DNA of 64,000 nucleotides from an uncultured Deinococcaceae bacterium (GTDB lineage: Bacteria > Deinococcota > Deinococci > Deinococcales > Deinococcaceae): NCBI GenBank assembly GCA_964252075.1, contig CAXULY010000019.1:30221-94220 (forward strand), read 5' to 3'. The notes beneath the pieces are model-generated. The model did no database searches and had not been told where the DNA came from. It saw nothing but the letters and a program-made list of their open reading frames with translations. A program made the translations under genes and the position numbers. This document shows positions 52,290 through 61,680 of the stretch, in pieces. Within the stretch, counting starts at the first letter, position 1; each line of letters opens with the position of its first letter.

Positions 52290-52520
52290 ATGAACCACCC
52301 TCCCGCTTTTGTCGTGCGCCCCCTGGAGGCCGGTGAAAGTCGGGCGTTCCACGTGATCGAGCCGCACCTCACCACCCTGGTCTTCCCGTCGATGAATGAT
52401 GACCTCCACATCGAGGGCCGCACCTTCAAGGTGGTGGGGGTGCTGACCCGCGGCTGGAAGCTGGGCGCGGGTCTCGCGTACCTGGGCGTCGAGTGCGTCC
52501 CGCCACTCCTAATGGCTTGA
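52290..52520 (+). CDS. Small hypothetical protein, paralog of 40452-40742
   Basis: 76 aa, MNHPPAFVVRPLE...; TAGCGT-N5-ATG. Confidence 0.6.
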   Translation: MNHPPAFVVRPLEAGESRAFHVIEPHLTTLVFPSMNDDLHIEGRTFKVVGVLTRGWKLGAGLAYLGVECVPPLLMA

Positions 52521-52530
52521 TCGACGGCGG

Positions 52531-52919
52531 TCATTGCCCCACCGCCTGCAGGGCGCCCTGCACGGCCTGCGTGAACGCCAGGAACGGCTCGGCGGCGTGC
52601 CCGCGGCCGAGGTCCTGCCCGCCCTGGTACACCATGGCGCCGCACCCGTTGCCGAGGACACTCAGCGTCCACGCCCACCCGTGCGCCCGGCACAGCTCTC
52701 GCCAACCCCTTTAAGATGTTCCGGTGCCGCATAGAGGGTGGACCACGCCCCGGTGGCGCTCAGTGAGCCTGCCATGCGCCACTGGCCGCGCAACTGCACC
52801 TCGATCAGGGTCAGGTGCTCGGCGGTGACGATCGGCGCGAGACGCACGTACGCCGGCGCCCGCCGCTGCATGTCCTGCAGCACCTGCGGCAGCGTCTCCA
52901 GCGAAACCTCCTGCTTCAC
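52531..52919 (-). pseudogene. Hypothetical gene frameshifted at a G run (52706-52709)
   Basis: One extra G extends ...EHLKG into WRELCRAHGWAWTL...LQAVGQ with good GC3 bias. Confidence 0.55.
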
Positions 52920-53130
52920 GCGACCTTGCCGTCCTTGAGGGCGAGCAGGCCGCGCAGGGACGCGCGGTGGTCGTGCCCGCCCTGCCGCCAGCCCTGCACG
53001 ACCGGCGCGAGGTCCGTGCCGTCCTCGGTGGTGATCACGGCACGCCGTGGTGGGTGGCGGACGCGGCGAGGCTCATGCCTTCCAGGGCGCTGGTGACGTG
53101 CACGGCGGCGGGCTGCAGTTTCTTCGGCAT
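52916..53130 (-). pseudogene. Small frameshifted hypothetical gene
   Basis: MPKKLQPAAVHVT... and a second frame VITTEDGTDL...LALKDGKVA that ends in a GTGA overlap with the next gene. Confidence 0.45.
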
Positions 53131-53281
53131 GGGTGCCTCTTCGGCGGTGTCGGACATCTCAGGCGATGGGGCGGGGGAGGCCATGTCTGCGCCCCACCAC
53201 CTGCGTGAGGAACGCTCCTGCGTCCGGAGGACCGCTGAGGGTGACCTTCAGCTCATTGTTCCTCCAACGCCAGTCCGCCGC

Positions 53282-53497
53282 TTACCGGCGCATCAGTTCG
53301 CCGTACAGGTGGTCGATGCACTCATCGATGCTGGCAAAGTCGCGGCGCGGGCCGCTCGTGCCCTCCCGCACCGAGGCCCGCCAGGTGGGGGGGGTTCCGG
53401 CGTTGGGCGCGTCGCCCGCGCCCCCGTGCCAGATGCGCAGGACGTACACCCGTCCCTGCGGCGACAGGGTGTGTCTTGAGGGGTCTTGATGTTCCAT
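53282..53497 (-). CDS. Small hypothetical protein (YVLRIW...WRASV motif)
   Basis: 71 aa; RBS AGGAG. Confidence 0.7.
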   Translation of the reverse strand: MEHQDPSRHTLSPQGRVYVLRIWHGGAGDAPNAGTPPTWRASVREGTSGPRRDFASIDECIDHLYGELMRR

Positions 53498-53717
53498 GGG
53501 GATCTCCTGGAGGGGCATTCGAAACGGCGTGGGGCGAGGGAACCACGCTGAGGAACCGGAGGCGACGGCTTCCCGCCTCTGGCCTCAACGGTGGTGAGAA
53601 TCCCTCCCCCGGATGTGCGGCGAAGCTCGCGCTTGCCTGGTGCGTGGTCCTGCTGTCCGTTGTTCGGTTCGGTGCTTGACCACTTGGCGCCTCTGGTCCT
53701 GCCCGCCTGCCCGCCGC

Positions 53718-54305
53718 TTATGTGTGGAAGTGGAAGCGGCGCGCACTGTCTTTCGAGGTCAGGCGCGCGCTTTCCCGCAGGCCCACCGCCGCATAGGCCA
53801 TCCGCTGGGCGTCTGCTTCGCGCCGCGAGCCATACACCACCCCCTTGAACCACCACGCCTCCGCCAGCCAGCGACGCACGGCCTCCAGAAACAGGCGCTC
53901 GAACTCGGGCGGCGTGCCCCGCCTCAGCCAGTACTCCACCCGCACCTGCGCGCGCCCCAGCGCTTCCTGATCGGCGTCACTGACGTGGTAGTGATCCAGG
54001 AAGGGGGCCACCGCGTTGAGGTAAAGCGAGCCCAGCAACCTCTGGCCGTCCAGCGTGAAGACGCTGAAGCCGTACGCCTCATCCCGATCGTGCTCGCCGA
54101 TGTGCATGTGGAGGTCCTCAAGGTTGGCTTCTGGAGTGAAGGTGTCCTCGGGCCACTCGGAATCGCTCCAGATGCGCAGTTCATCCCGGGAGGCCATCAC
54201 GGCCTCGTAATCGGCGGCGTTGTCCTCGGGCCGCTGACGGCGCAGCGTGAAGTGGGGGGCGACGAGCGAAGCGGGGACGGGCCGGTGGTCAGGGTTCAAG
54301 GTCAT
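53718..54305 (-). CDS. GNAT-fold (RimJ/RimL-like) N-acetyltransferase
   Basis: DYEAVMASR, NLEDL, LGSLYL, VEYWLR; TAACCT-N6-ATG. Confidence 0.8.
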   Translation of the reverse strand: MTLNPDHRPVPASLVAPHFTLRRQRPEDNAADYEAVMASRDELRIWSDSEWPEDTFTPEANLEDLHMHIGEHDRDEAYGFSVFTLDGQRLLGSLYLNAVAPFLDHYHVSDADQEALGRAQVRVEYWLRRGTPPEFERLFLEAVRRWLAEAWWFKGVVYGSRREADAQRMAYAAVGLRESARLTSKDSARRFHFHT

Positions 54306-54504
54306 AGGAGAAGGTTATGAAGCGGGGGATGGCTGGCGCGTGATTCGGGAAGGGTGAGGGCGTATGGCGATGCGAGACGCGAGTGGTCCGAACAGACTGC
54401 GCGGCGGTCGGGCTGTGCCCTTACCCTTCCGTCACGCCCGCACAGCCCGCTTTGCCCCGGGCAGGCAAGCGCCGAGGCAGGATCGTCACCTCGGCGGCGG
54501 CCCC

Positions 54505-55587
54505 TCAAGGTCTCGTGGTGATCGTGAGGTCTACCTTCGTGAGGGGCGGCGAGACAGGAGTGCCGTCCCCGTACGTGCCCAGGAGGTCGCCGGCGTTGAT
54601 CGTGCCGTCTCCATCCAGGTCGCGCCAGCCGAACACCGTGTACTGCAGGTTGGGGTCCAGATCCGTGATGCGGTACGCCGCCGTGCGTCCCGAGGCCTCG
54701 ACCTGCACGAAGTGGATGGTCTGCTCGTCGCAGCCGTCGCCCTGACGGACGCAGGCGAAGACGGTGGTGCCGCGCACCTCTTCGGCGCTGTGGACCGTGC
54801 CGGAGAGCCCCGCGCCGCCCCTCTGGGGCGGCGCGGCGGTGCTGGCCACCGTCTGGCCGGGGCGCATCAGGAGAAACATGGTGGGCCGCACCGCGTAGTA
54901 CTCCCGGGTGAAGCCCCCCGTGAAACTGCTCTTCCAGGGCCCAGCGTCCGGGCCGTAGGCGGTGCGGCGCAGCTCCAGCGGCTGGCCGTCCACCTTCGCC
55001 GTGACGGTGTACGTGCCCCACATGACGTTGGGCACGATCCAGCCGTCCGGCGTGTGGATGGGTTTGACGGTGACGGACTTGCCCGTCGAGCCGTCCGCGA
55101 GCTTGCCCACCGGCGTGAGGGTCAGTGCGACCCGGGACTCGTCCACCTGATCGATCCCGAATTCCTCCTCCACCCGGATCGTCCCCAGGTTGCCGTATGG
55201 GTCGGACGCGGTGAGTGGTTTGGGCTTCAGGATGAAATTGCGCACGCCGCCCACCCGCCCCGCCACGAACCCGTCGTTGTCGGGAAGCAGCGCAATGGTG
55301 TAGACCTCGCCCTGGTACTTGAGGCGCATGGAGGCGCTCACATGCCAGGTCGTGGGCAGGACGCTCACGTCGATCTTGTAATGGCCTTTGGCGTCGCTGT
55401 AGGTGGTCAGGAAGCTGTCGTAGGAGAGCGTGTTGTCGGCCTGAATCTCAGCGCCCCTGACCGGCTGGCCCTGTGCGTTCACCACCGTTCCCGTGATCCA
55501 TCCCTTCGGGTTGGCCGCGCCGGCCATGCCGCCCAGAACGAGTGAGGTGGAGAGGGAGATGAAGGCGGTCCGGAGCGTCTTGTTCAT
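54505..55587 (-). CDS. Secreted carboxypeptidase-regulatory-like (beta-sandwich) domain protein
   Basis: Signal peptide; ITGTVVNAQGQPVRGAEI, SDAKGHY; C-terminal DLDGDG Ca-binding-like motif; RBS GGAGGA. Confidence 0.85.
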   Translation of the reverse strand: MNKTLRTAFISLSTSLVLGGMAGAANPKGWITGTVVNAQGQPVRGAEIQADNTLSYDSFLTTYSDAKGHYKIDVSVLPTTWHVSASMRLKYQGEVYTIALLPDNDGFVAGRVGGVRNFILKPKPLTASDPYGNLGTIRVEEEFGIDQVDESRVALTLTPVGKLADGSTGKSVTVKPIHTPDGWIVPNVMWGTYTVTAKVDGQPLELRRTAYGPDAGPWKSSFTGGFTREYYAVRPTMFLLMRPGQTVASTAAPPQRGGAGLSGTVHSAEEVRGTTVFACVRQGDGCDEQTIHFVQVEASGRTAAYRITDLDPNLQYTVFGWRDLDGDGTINAGDLLGTYGDGTPVSPPLTKVDLTITTRP

Positions 55588-55820
55588 GGATCCTCCTCCC
55601 GGCTCGTGTGCGTCCGGGATCGTGGTGGGGTCGTCACCGTTGACGTTCGAATCAATCGGGCGAGGTGAGTGGTGGACGACGTTGGTCGCGCTGGGAACGG
55701 ACGTGCTCGGGCGCCTTGCCCGCTTCGCGCCCCGCACGTGGGTGGAGGACGCGTCCGCCCGCGTCAGGGCGCAGGGTGAACGGGCGAAGGCCAGCGGAAG
55801 AACGTTGTGTTCATGCCTGG

Positions 55821-55855
55821 AGTGTGTCTGAAGGCCGATGGTTGGAGGATGATCG
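55821..55855 (-). promoter_or_regulatory. Direct-repeat activator site 1 with -10-like hexamer
   Basis: Minus strand CGATCATC-CTC-CAACCATC-N10-CACACT. Confidence 0.75.
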
Positions 55856-56084
55856 CCGTCCGCACGGCAGCCCCCAACGGGGAGGCCAGACTTCGCGGCC
55901 CGTCCCCGAGCCTCATGCGGTGGGAAAAGGACGTCCCCACCCGTTCCGGCCGGAGTGAATCTGGTGATGGACGTGGCCGGCTCTGACCCATCCATCTGTG
56001 ATCCGTTTCCGGCCGCCCAACGCGCCGTTGCTGCGGCCCCGGGCGGGTCAGGCTAAGCCCGCTGCGTGCGGTATTTTGTGGGGT

Positions 56085-59000
56085 ATGAGTTCCCCAGGTT
56101 CCTGGCGTCTGGAGGTGCTGGGCAAGCCCCGTCTGGTGGGTCCGGGTGGGCAGGCGTCGCGTCCGGAGCGGGTGGCCCTGGCGCTCATGACGTACCTGAC
56201 GCTGGAGGGACCCACGCCGCGCTCGCGCCTCGCGGGCCTGCTGTGGCCGGAGACGCCGGAGGGCGCCGCCCGGAACAACCTCGTGCACCTGATCCGCCGC
56301 GTCAACCGGATGTACGGCGGGGCGCTGCTGCGCGCGGCGGACGACGTGGAGCTGGGTGAAGGGGTGGACCGCGATGTGCAGACGGTGCGGGGGGCCGTGG
56401 AACTGGCGGGGGAAACGGCGGGCCAGCTGCTGGACGGCCTGGAGTTCGACGACCGCCCGGATTTCGCGGACTGGCTTCTGGTCTGGCGTGAACGGCTGGA
56501 CGGTGTGCGCGCGGAGCGGCTGGTGCGGACCGCCGCGCAGCAGGAGGCGGCCGGCGACCTGGAGGGCGCGCTCCTCAGCGCCACGCGCCTCCTGGAATGG
56601 CACCCAGCGTCCGAGGAGGTGCACCGCCGCCTGATGCGGCTGCACTACCTCACCGGCGACCGCGGGGCGGCCCTCAGCGCGTTTGAGCGGTGCCGGGCGG
56701 TGTTGCGCCGGGAGTTCGGCGCGGAGCCGTCGCCCGAGACGGTGGCCCTGGCGCGTGAAGTGGAACGCGGAACCGCGACGTTCCCGCCGTCCCGGCCGCG
56801 CATTCCGCTCCGTGTGCTGCGCCCCCCCAGCCTCATCGGGCGTGAAGGCGAGTGGGCGCAGCTGCACGAAGCCTGGGCGGCCGGGCAGGTGCTCTTCCTG
56901 ACGGGCGAGGGCGGGGTGGGCAAGTCCCGCCTGGCGCGGGATTTCGCGGCGAGCAAAGGCGAGGCGCTGCACCTTGAGGCGCGCCCGGGAGACGCGCTGG
57001 TGCCCTACGCCACGGTCGTTCGCAGCTTGAGGCGGATCTTCGCCCGCACGCCCGACCTGCCCCTGGCGCCCTGGATGCGCGTCAGCCTGGCGCGGCTGCT
57101 GCCCGAATTCCTGGACGGGACTGCTGGAGCTTCTGGCGACGAAGCGCACCTGCACGCCGCGGTGGAATTCAGCTTCCGCGCGGGCCTGAGGGGCGTGGAG
57201 GCGGTGGTCCTCGACGACCTGCACCTCGCGGACCGCGCGTCGGTGGAACTCCTCGTGGTGCTGATCTCCTCGGCGTTTCCCCTGGGGCAGTCGGGCGGGG
57301 TGCCGGGCCTGATCTGCACCGCCCGGCCCGACGAACTGCCCCCATTCACTGGGGACGCGGTGCGGCAGCTGGTGGTGACTGGCCGGGGTGCGCGCCTCGA
57401 CCTCCGGCCCCTCGTCACGGAGGCCGTCGAGGCGTTGCTGCGGGAACTGGACGTCCCGGCCACGGCGGCCATGGGGCCGCAACTCGCGCGCTTCACGGGC
57501 GGCAACCCGCTGTTTTTGCTGGAAACCGTGAAACACATCCTCGAGGCTCCGCCTGAGGACGGCCGCCTGCCGGTGGCCGCTCGCGTGTCGCAACTGATCG
57601 GGGATCGCCTCGCCCGCTTGTCCCCGGCGGCCCTGAGCGCCGCACGGGGCGCCGCCGTGCTGCAGAGTGATGTGCAGATCGAGCTCGTCGCGGCTGTGCT
57701 GGGCGCCCCTTTGCTGGAGACGGCGGGCGCGTGGGAGGAACTCGAAGCGGCGCAGGTGATGGCGGGTGAGCGGTTCAGCCATGACCTGGTGCAGGAGGCG
57801 GTGCTGGCGGGCCTGCCGCCGTCGGTGCGCCGCCTCCTGAACCGCAGCGCGGCCCGGGTGCTGGAGCAGCACGGGGCCGCCCCGTCCCGCGTCGCGCTGC
57901 ACTGGGACGCGGGCGGCGAGGCGCGCCAGAGCGCCACCTGGTTCGTGCGGGCGGCGGAGGCCGCGCTGGGCAGCTTCCGGCTGCGGGAGGCCGTGGCGTT
58001 CTTCCTGCGGGCGGCGGACGCCCACCAGGCGCTGCACAATGCAGGGGCCGCATTCGGGGCGCGCGGCCGGGCGGTGCAGGCGCTGCTGCACCTCAGCGAC
58101 CGCACCGCGACGCAGGCCGCGCTGGACGACCTGCACGCCCGCGCCCAGACCCCCGAGCAGTGGGCGCAGGTGCAGCTGCTTCAGGCTGAGCTGCACGTGC
58201 GCGGGCAGGAGGGCGTGGAGGCCGAGCGGGCGGCGCGCGCCGGACTGGACGCGCTGGGTGACGCCCAGGCGCCCTTGCGGGCCCACCTGATGGTGGTTCT
58301 GGCGTCCGCGCTGACCGCCCAGGGGCGGGCGCAAGAGGCGGTCCTGGGGCTGCGCGAGGCGGTGGCGGCGCTGGAGGCGCTCGGGCCGTCCACCGCCCTC
58401 GCCTTGGCCCACAGCGACCTGGCCGCCGCCCTGGACCGGCAGGACCAGCACGCCGAGGCGAGCGGGTCCCACGCGCGCGCCTGCACCCTGCTGGAGGTGC
58501 TGAACGACCAGCCCAACCTCGCGGTGGCGCTGCGCGCATTCTCGGACAACCAGTTCGACCTGGGGTACGTGCGTGAGGGCCTGCAGCACGTGACGCGCGC
58601 CTTCGAACTGGAGGCGGGGGCCGACGCCGCCACCTGGGGCACCTCGGAGGGCCACGTCGGCCTCGCCCAGGCGTACATGGACTTGGGAGCGTTCGGTCGC
58701 GCCCTGACGCAATTCGAGCGGGCCATCGAGGCGGACACCGACCTCAGCGCGTGGCGGCGCGCCTACCACGGGCTGTGCCTGGGTGAACTGCTGCTGCTGC
58801 TCGGCGATCTGGAGCGGGCCGAGGGCCTCATCACCGCCGCGCGGGACCGGCCGGACATGCCGGGGCGGTACCGCTCGCGGGCGTATGTCGCCTGGGCGGC
58901 GCTGCCCGGAACCGACCTGGCGGCGCGCCGTGAGGCGCTGGCGCAGGCCGAACGCCTGCAGCGCGGGGACCCCCGGCCCCTCTCGCAGCTGCGCGTCCTG

Positions 59001-59417
59001 CTGGCCCAGGCGACGGTGGAGCCCGCCGCGAGGGCCCACGAACTCGCCCAAGGCGCCCTGGCGCTCGCCCGCGCGCACCAACTCGGTGGGTTCGAGGTTT
59101 CGGCCCTGACGCGCACAGCGCAGACCGCGCTCCACCTCGGGCTGCCGCTCGAGGCGCAGGAGCACGCGCAAGGCGCCGTTGCGCTGCTGTCGACACGGGA
59201 GCCCGCAGAAATGACGCGGGGCGAGGTGTACTGGACTCAGTTTCAGGTGTGGCGCGCCCTGGACCGGCCAGAGGCGCCTGTGGCCCTGGAGGCCGCGTCA
59301 GAATGGGTGCGGCACACCGCCACGGCGCAGGTGCCCGAGCATCACCGCGAGGGGTTCTTGCAGCGCAACGGCCTGGTGCGCGACATCCGGACGGCAGCGG
59401 AGCAAGCAGGTCGTTGA
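56085..59417 (+). CDS. BTAD/SARP transcriptional activator with AAA/STAND ATPase and TPR-like repeats
   Basis: LEVLGKPRL, RSRLAGLLWPE, BTAD EEVHRRLMRLHY...EPSPET, Walker A GEGGVGKSRL, LDDLHLAD, GGNPLF, FSHDL; TATTTT-N7-ATG. Confidence 0.92.
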   Translation: MSSPGSWRLEVLGKPRLVGPGGQASRPERVALALMTYLTLEGPTPRSRLAGLLWPETPEGAARNNLVHLIRRVNRMYGGALLRAADDVELGEGVDRDVQTVRGAVELAGETAGQLLDGLEFDDRPDFADWLLVWRERLDGVRAERLVRTAAQQEAAGDLEGALLSATRLLEWHPASEEVHRRLMRLHYLTGDRGAALSAFERCRAVLRREFGAEPSPETVALAREVERGTATFPPSRPRIPLRVLRPPSLIGREGEWAQLHEAWAAGQVLFLTGEGGVGKSRLARDFAASKGEALHLEARPGDALVPYATVVRSLRRIFARTPDLPLAPWMRVSLARLLPEFLDGTAGASGDEAHLHAAVEFSFRAGLRGVEAVVLDDLHLADRASVELLVVLISSAFPLGQSGGVPGLICTARPDELPPFTGDAVRQLVVTGRGARLDLRPLVTEAVEALLRELDVPATAAMGPQLARFTGGNPLFLLETVKHILEAPPEDGRLPVAARVSQLIGDRLARLSPAALSAARGAAVLQSDVQIELVAAVLGAPLLETAGAWEELEAAQVMAGERFSHDLVQEAVLAGLPPSVRRLLNRSAARVLEQHGAAPSRVALHWDAGGEARQSATWFVRAAEAALGSFRLREAVAFFLRAADAHQALHNAGAAFGARGRAVQALLHLSDRTATQAALDDLHARAQTPEQWAQVQLLQAELHVRGQEGVEAERAARAGLDALGDAQAPLRAHLMVVLASALTAQGRAQEAVLGLREAVAALEALGPSTALALAHSDLAAALDRQDQHAEASGSHARACTLLEVLNDQPNLAVALRAFSDNQFDLGYVREGLQHVTRAFELEAGADAATWGTSEGHVGLAQAYMDLGAFGRALTQFERAIEADTDLSAWRRAYHGLCLGELLLLLGDLERAEGLITAARDRPDMPGRYRSRAYVAWAALPGTDLAARREALAQAERLQRGDPRPLSQLRVLLAQATVEPAARAHELAQGALALARAHQLGGFEVSALTRTAQTALHLGLPLEAQEHAQGAVALLSTREPAEMTRGEVYWTQFQVWRALDRPEAPVALEAASEWVRHTATAQVPEHHREGFLQRNGLVRDIRTAAEQAGR

Positions 59418-59609
59418 GCCGGGTCACCCAGGGCGTGGCCTTGCCGGAGGCTCAAGGGGCCTGGGAATGGGCTCGACCATCAGGGCAAGGTGAGCGGCGG
59501 GGCCCCAGCGACCGTAGACCGCAGCATGCAATGTGCAAGTCCCACCGTGCCCGTGCGCGAAGGGAAACCTCACCGGGCTGGTTGGCCAGCCCGGTGGCGC
59601 GAGCGGCCG

Positions 59610-61259
59610 TCAGGGCATTGGGGTGTGGAGCACGGTGACCTTGGTCGTTCCGGTCACCGTCACCTGGTGCTCGTCGGTCGGCTGGCCCTCCGCGTCGAGC
59701 TCCGGACCGTCGTAGGTGTCGTTGAGGTCGACCTCGGCCATGCCGCCCTGCAAGGCGAGGTTCGTGAATTCCCATGGGTGCGCGGATTTCGGATCGCGCA
59801 TCTGCGAGAAGGCGTGTGACCAGAGCGGGCCGTCGGATTGCGTGCCCATCCCGAGCTTGCAGGTCTGCATGACGTGTTCCAAGGGAGCGGCGAACAACGC
59901 GAGGTTGAGGGCCGTCGTGGACGTGTCCGGAACCAGGGGCGCGACGATGAGGTCAAGGTCGAGGGTGCTGGTGAAGCCGCCGACCGACTCGACGGTGAAT
60001 GGACCGGATTGAGCCGTGTCGCCCGAGATGACGCAGTCAGGGCCATCCGGCGGGCCGAAGTAGCTGCTGTAGCCACGCGCACTGTAGCCGTCTTCAATCA
60101 TGGTGCCCTGGCCTTCAAGCCGCGCGCGCTCCACCGAGTAGACCACGTTCATCGAGCCCTTGACGTGGTGGGTGCTCGTCCAGTCATCGGTGTTGTGGCC
60201 CTCTTCCGGGAGGTAATGGCGGATCGTGTACGTGGACTCCAACTCGACCTGAAAGCTGGCGCAACTTGCGGCCTTCGCTCCATACGTGTTCAGCCGTCCA
60301 TTGAAATACGGGGTCAGGCGGGGATTGCGCTTCACCCACGTGACCCACCGCAAAATCTTGGTCACGTCGTCGAGGTTCCCCGCCGTGCAGGCGGTGCTGG
60401 CCCTTTGCACCGAGGCGTCGATGCCCTGTGCGATCAAGGTCCATCCCTCATAAATGTCCTTCTGGTAATTCGCTTGCCCCTCGCTGTTCAGGCCCCGCAC
60501 CTCGGCGCGGAACCAGCTGAACTGCCGCAGCGCCAAGTCCAGCGCCGCGTCGCTCCCAGTGGCGGCCCTCAGCTGTGGACGAATGCGGGAGAAGTCGGGC
60601 AGCAGTGAGGCGACGACGTCGTCGTTGGCCTGGCGGTCCACCGGGTCGGTGGGCACCAGCGGCGCGATCAGGTGGGTGAGGTCCGCGTCCGTGACGGTTG
60701 CCGCGCCGGGGTTGGAGAAGTGCGTGAGCGGCAGGGTCACGGTGTGTCCGTCCACGCTCGAGGCTTGCAGGTAGAACTCCTGGCCCTGGCCGTGGGCGTT
60801 GAAGCCGCGCAGGTGGGTGGCGTCGAGGTCGTGGGGGCTGGTGATGTTGAGCAGCGCGGGCTCCAGGAACTGCAGGCCGTCGGGTTCGAGGTGGACGGCG
60901 CCGACGAAGCCGCCGGTGAGCGGCAGGTCCTGAATGCGGGAGATGGGGGTCAAGCTCAGGGTGTGCCCGCTCAGGAGGGCGTTTTCAGGGACCGTGAGGG
61001 TGTAGACGGTGCCGTCGGTGGCGGTCGCGGTGAGGGTGCCGCCGGCCGGGCCGATGGAGGCGGTCTGGGTGCGGCGCTCATCGGGCACCACGTGGACGGT
61101 CAGGGGGTGGGGCGCGCGGGGGTCCACCGTCCCGGTGGGCGGGGACCCGCTCGGGCTGGGCGGGGTGGGCAGGGGGCCGCCCGCGCCGCCGGATGCGCCG
61201 CAGGCGGCGAGGAGGGCGGCACTCAGGACGAACATCACGGGCCAGTGCAGACGTGGCAT
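59610..61259 (-). CDS. Lipoprotein, hypothetical
   Basis: Lipobox LLAAC, Pro/Gly linker, IGPAGGTL, LEPDGLQF, LTHFS; RBS AAGGAG. Confidence 0.85.
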   Translation of the reverse strand: MPRLHWPVMFVLSAALLAACGASGGAGGPLPTPPSPSGSPPTGTVDPRAPHPLTVHVVPDERRTQTASIGPAGGTLTATATDGTVYTLTVPENALLSGHTLSLTPISRIQDLPLTGGFVGAVHLEPDGLQFLEPALLNITSPHDLDATHLRGFNAHGQGQEFYLQASSVDGHTVTLPLTHFSNPGAATVTDADLTHLIAPLVPTDPVDRQANDDVVASLLPDFSRIRPQLRAATGSDAALDLALRQFSWFRAEVRGLNSEGQANYQKDIYEGWTLIAQGIDASVQRASTACTAGNLDDVTKILRWVTWVKRNPRLTPYFNGRLNTYGAKAASCASFQVELESTYTIRHYLPEEGHNTDDWTSTHHVKGSMNVVYSVERARLEGQGTMIEDGYSARGYSSYFGPPDGPDCVISGDTAQSGPFTVESVGGFTSTLDLDLIVAPLVPDTSTTALNLALFAAPLEHVMQTCKLGMGTQSDGPLWSHAFSQMRDPKSAHPWEFTNLALQGGMAEVDLNDTYDGPELDAEGQPTDEHQVTVTGTTKVTVLHTPMP

Positions 61260-61353
61260 ACATGGACTCCTTGTGGTGAGTGGGCGGTGGTGCATGGTCC
61301 GCTGAAGGGACGCGGGGAGGGTCCACTCGGGACGACCGCCTCCTTCACCAGTC

Positions 61354-61388
61354 ACCTTGACCGGCCCGCGATGATTGGCGGATGGTCG
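61354..61388 (-). promoter_or_regulatory. Direct-repeat activator site 2 with -10-like hexamer
   Basis: Minus strand CGACCATC-CGC-CAATCATC-N10-CAAGGT. Confidence 0.75.
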
Positions 61389-61624
61389 CCGCGCCCGTTG
61401 GCATGGCGGGCCCAGCGCCACCCCCTGCACCTCGCCAGGCCCTGCCAGAGCGGAACCGCAGCCGGTGATGACCGGTGAGCAGCGGCGTTGAGCGGTGAGG
61501 TGGGCCGTCGACGCTCGAATGGGGGCAGGGCGAGGGCGCCGCACGCGCCCACGATGAGGAAAAGGTCCGTTTCACGGCCCGCACCGCTCCTCACCCTGCG
61601 GGCGCGCAGCGGCGGTCGGATCGC

Positions 61625-61659
61625 CGATCATCCGCCAACCATCGCCCCTTTCCTACAGT
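61625..61659 (+). promoter_or_regulatory. Direct-repeat activator site 3 with -10 hexamer
   Basis: CGATCATC-CGC-CAACCATC-N10-TACAGT. Confidence 0.78.
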
Positions 61660-61680
61660 CCGGTCGAAGGAGCACCCACC

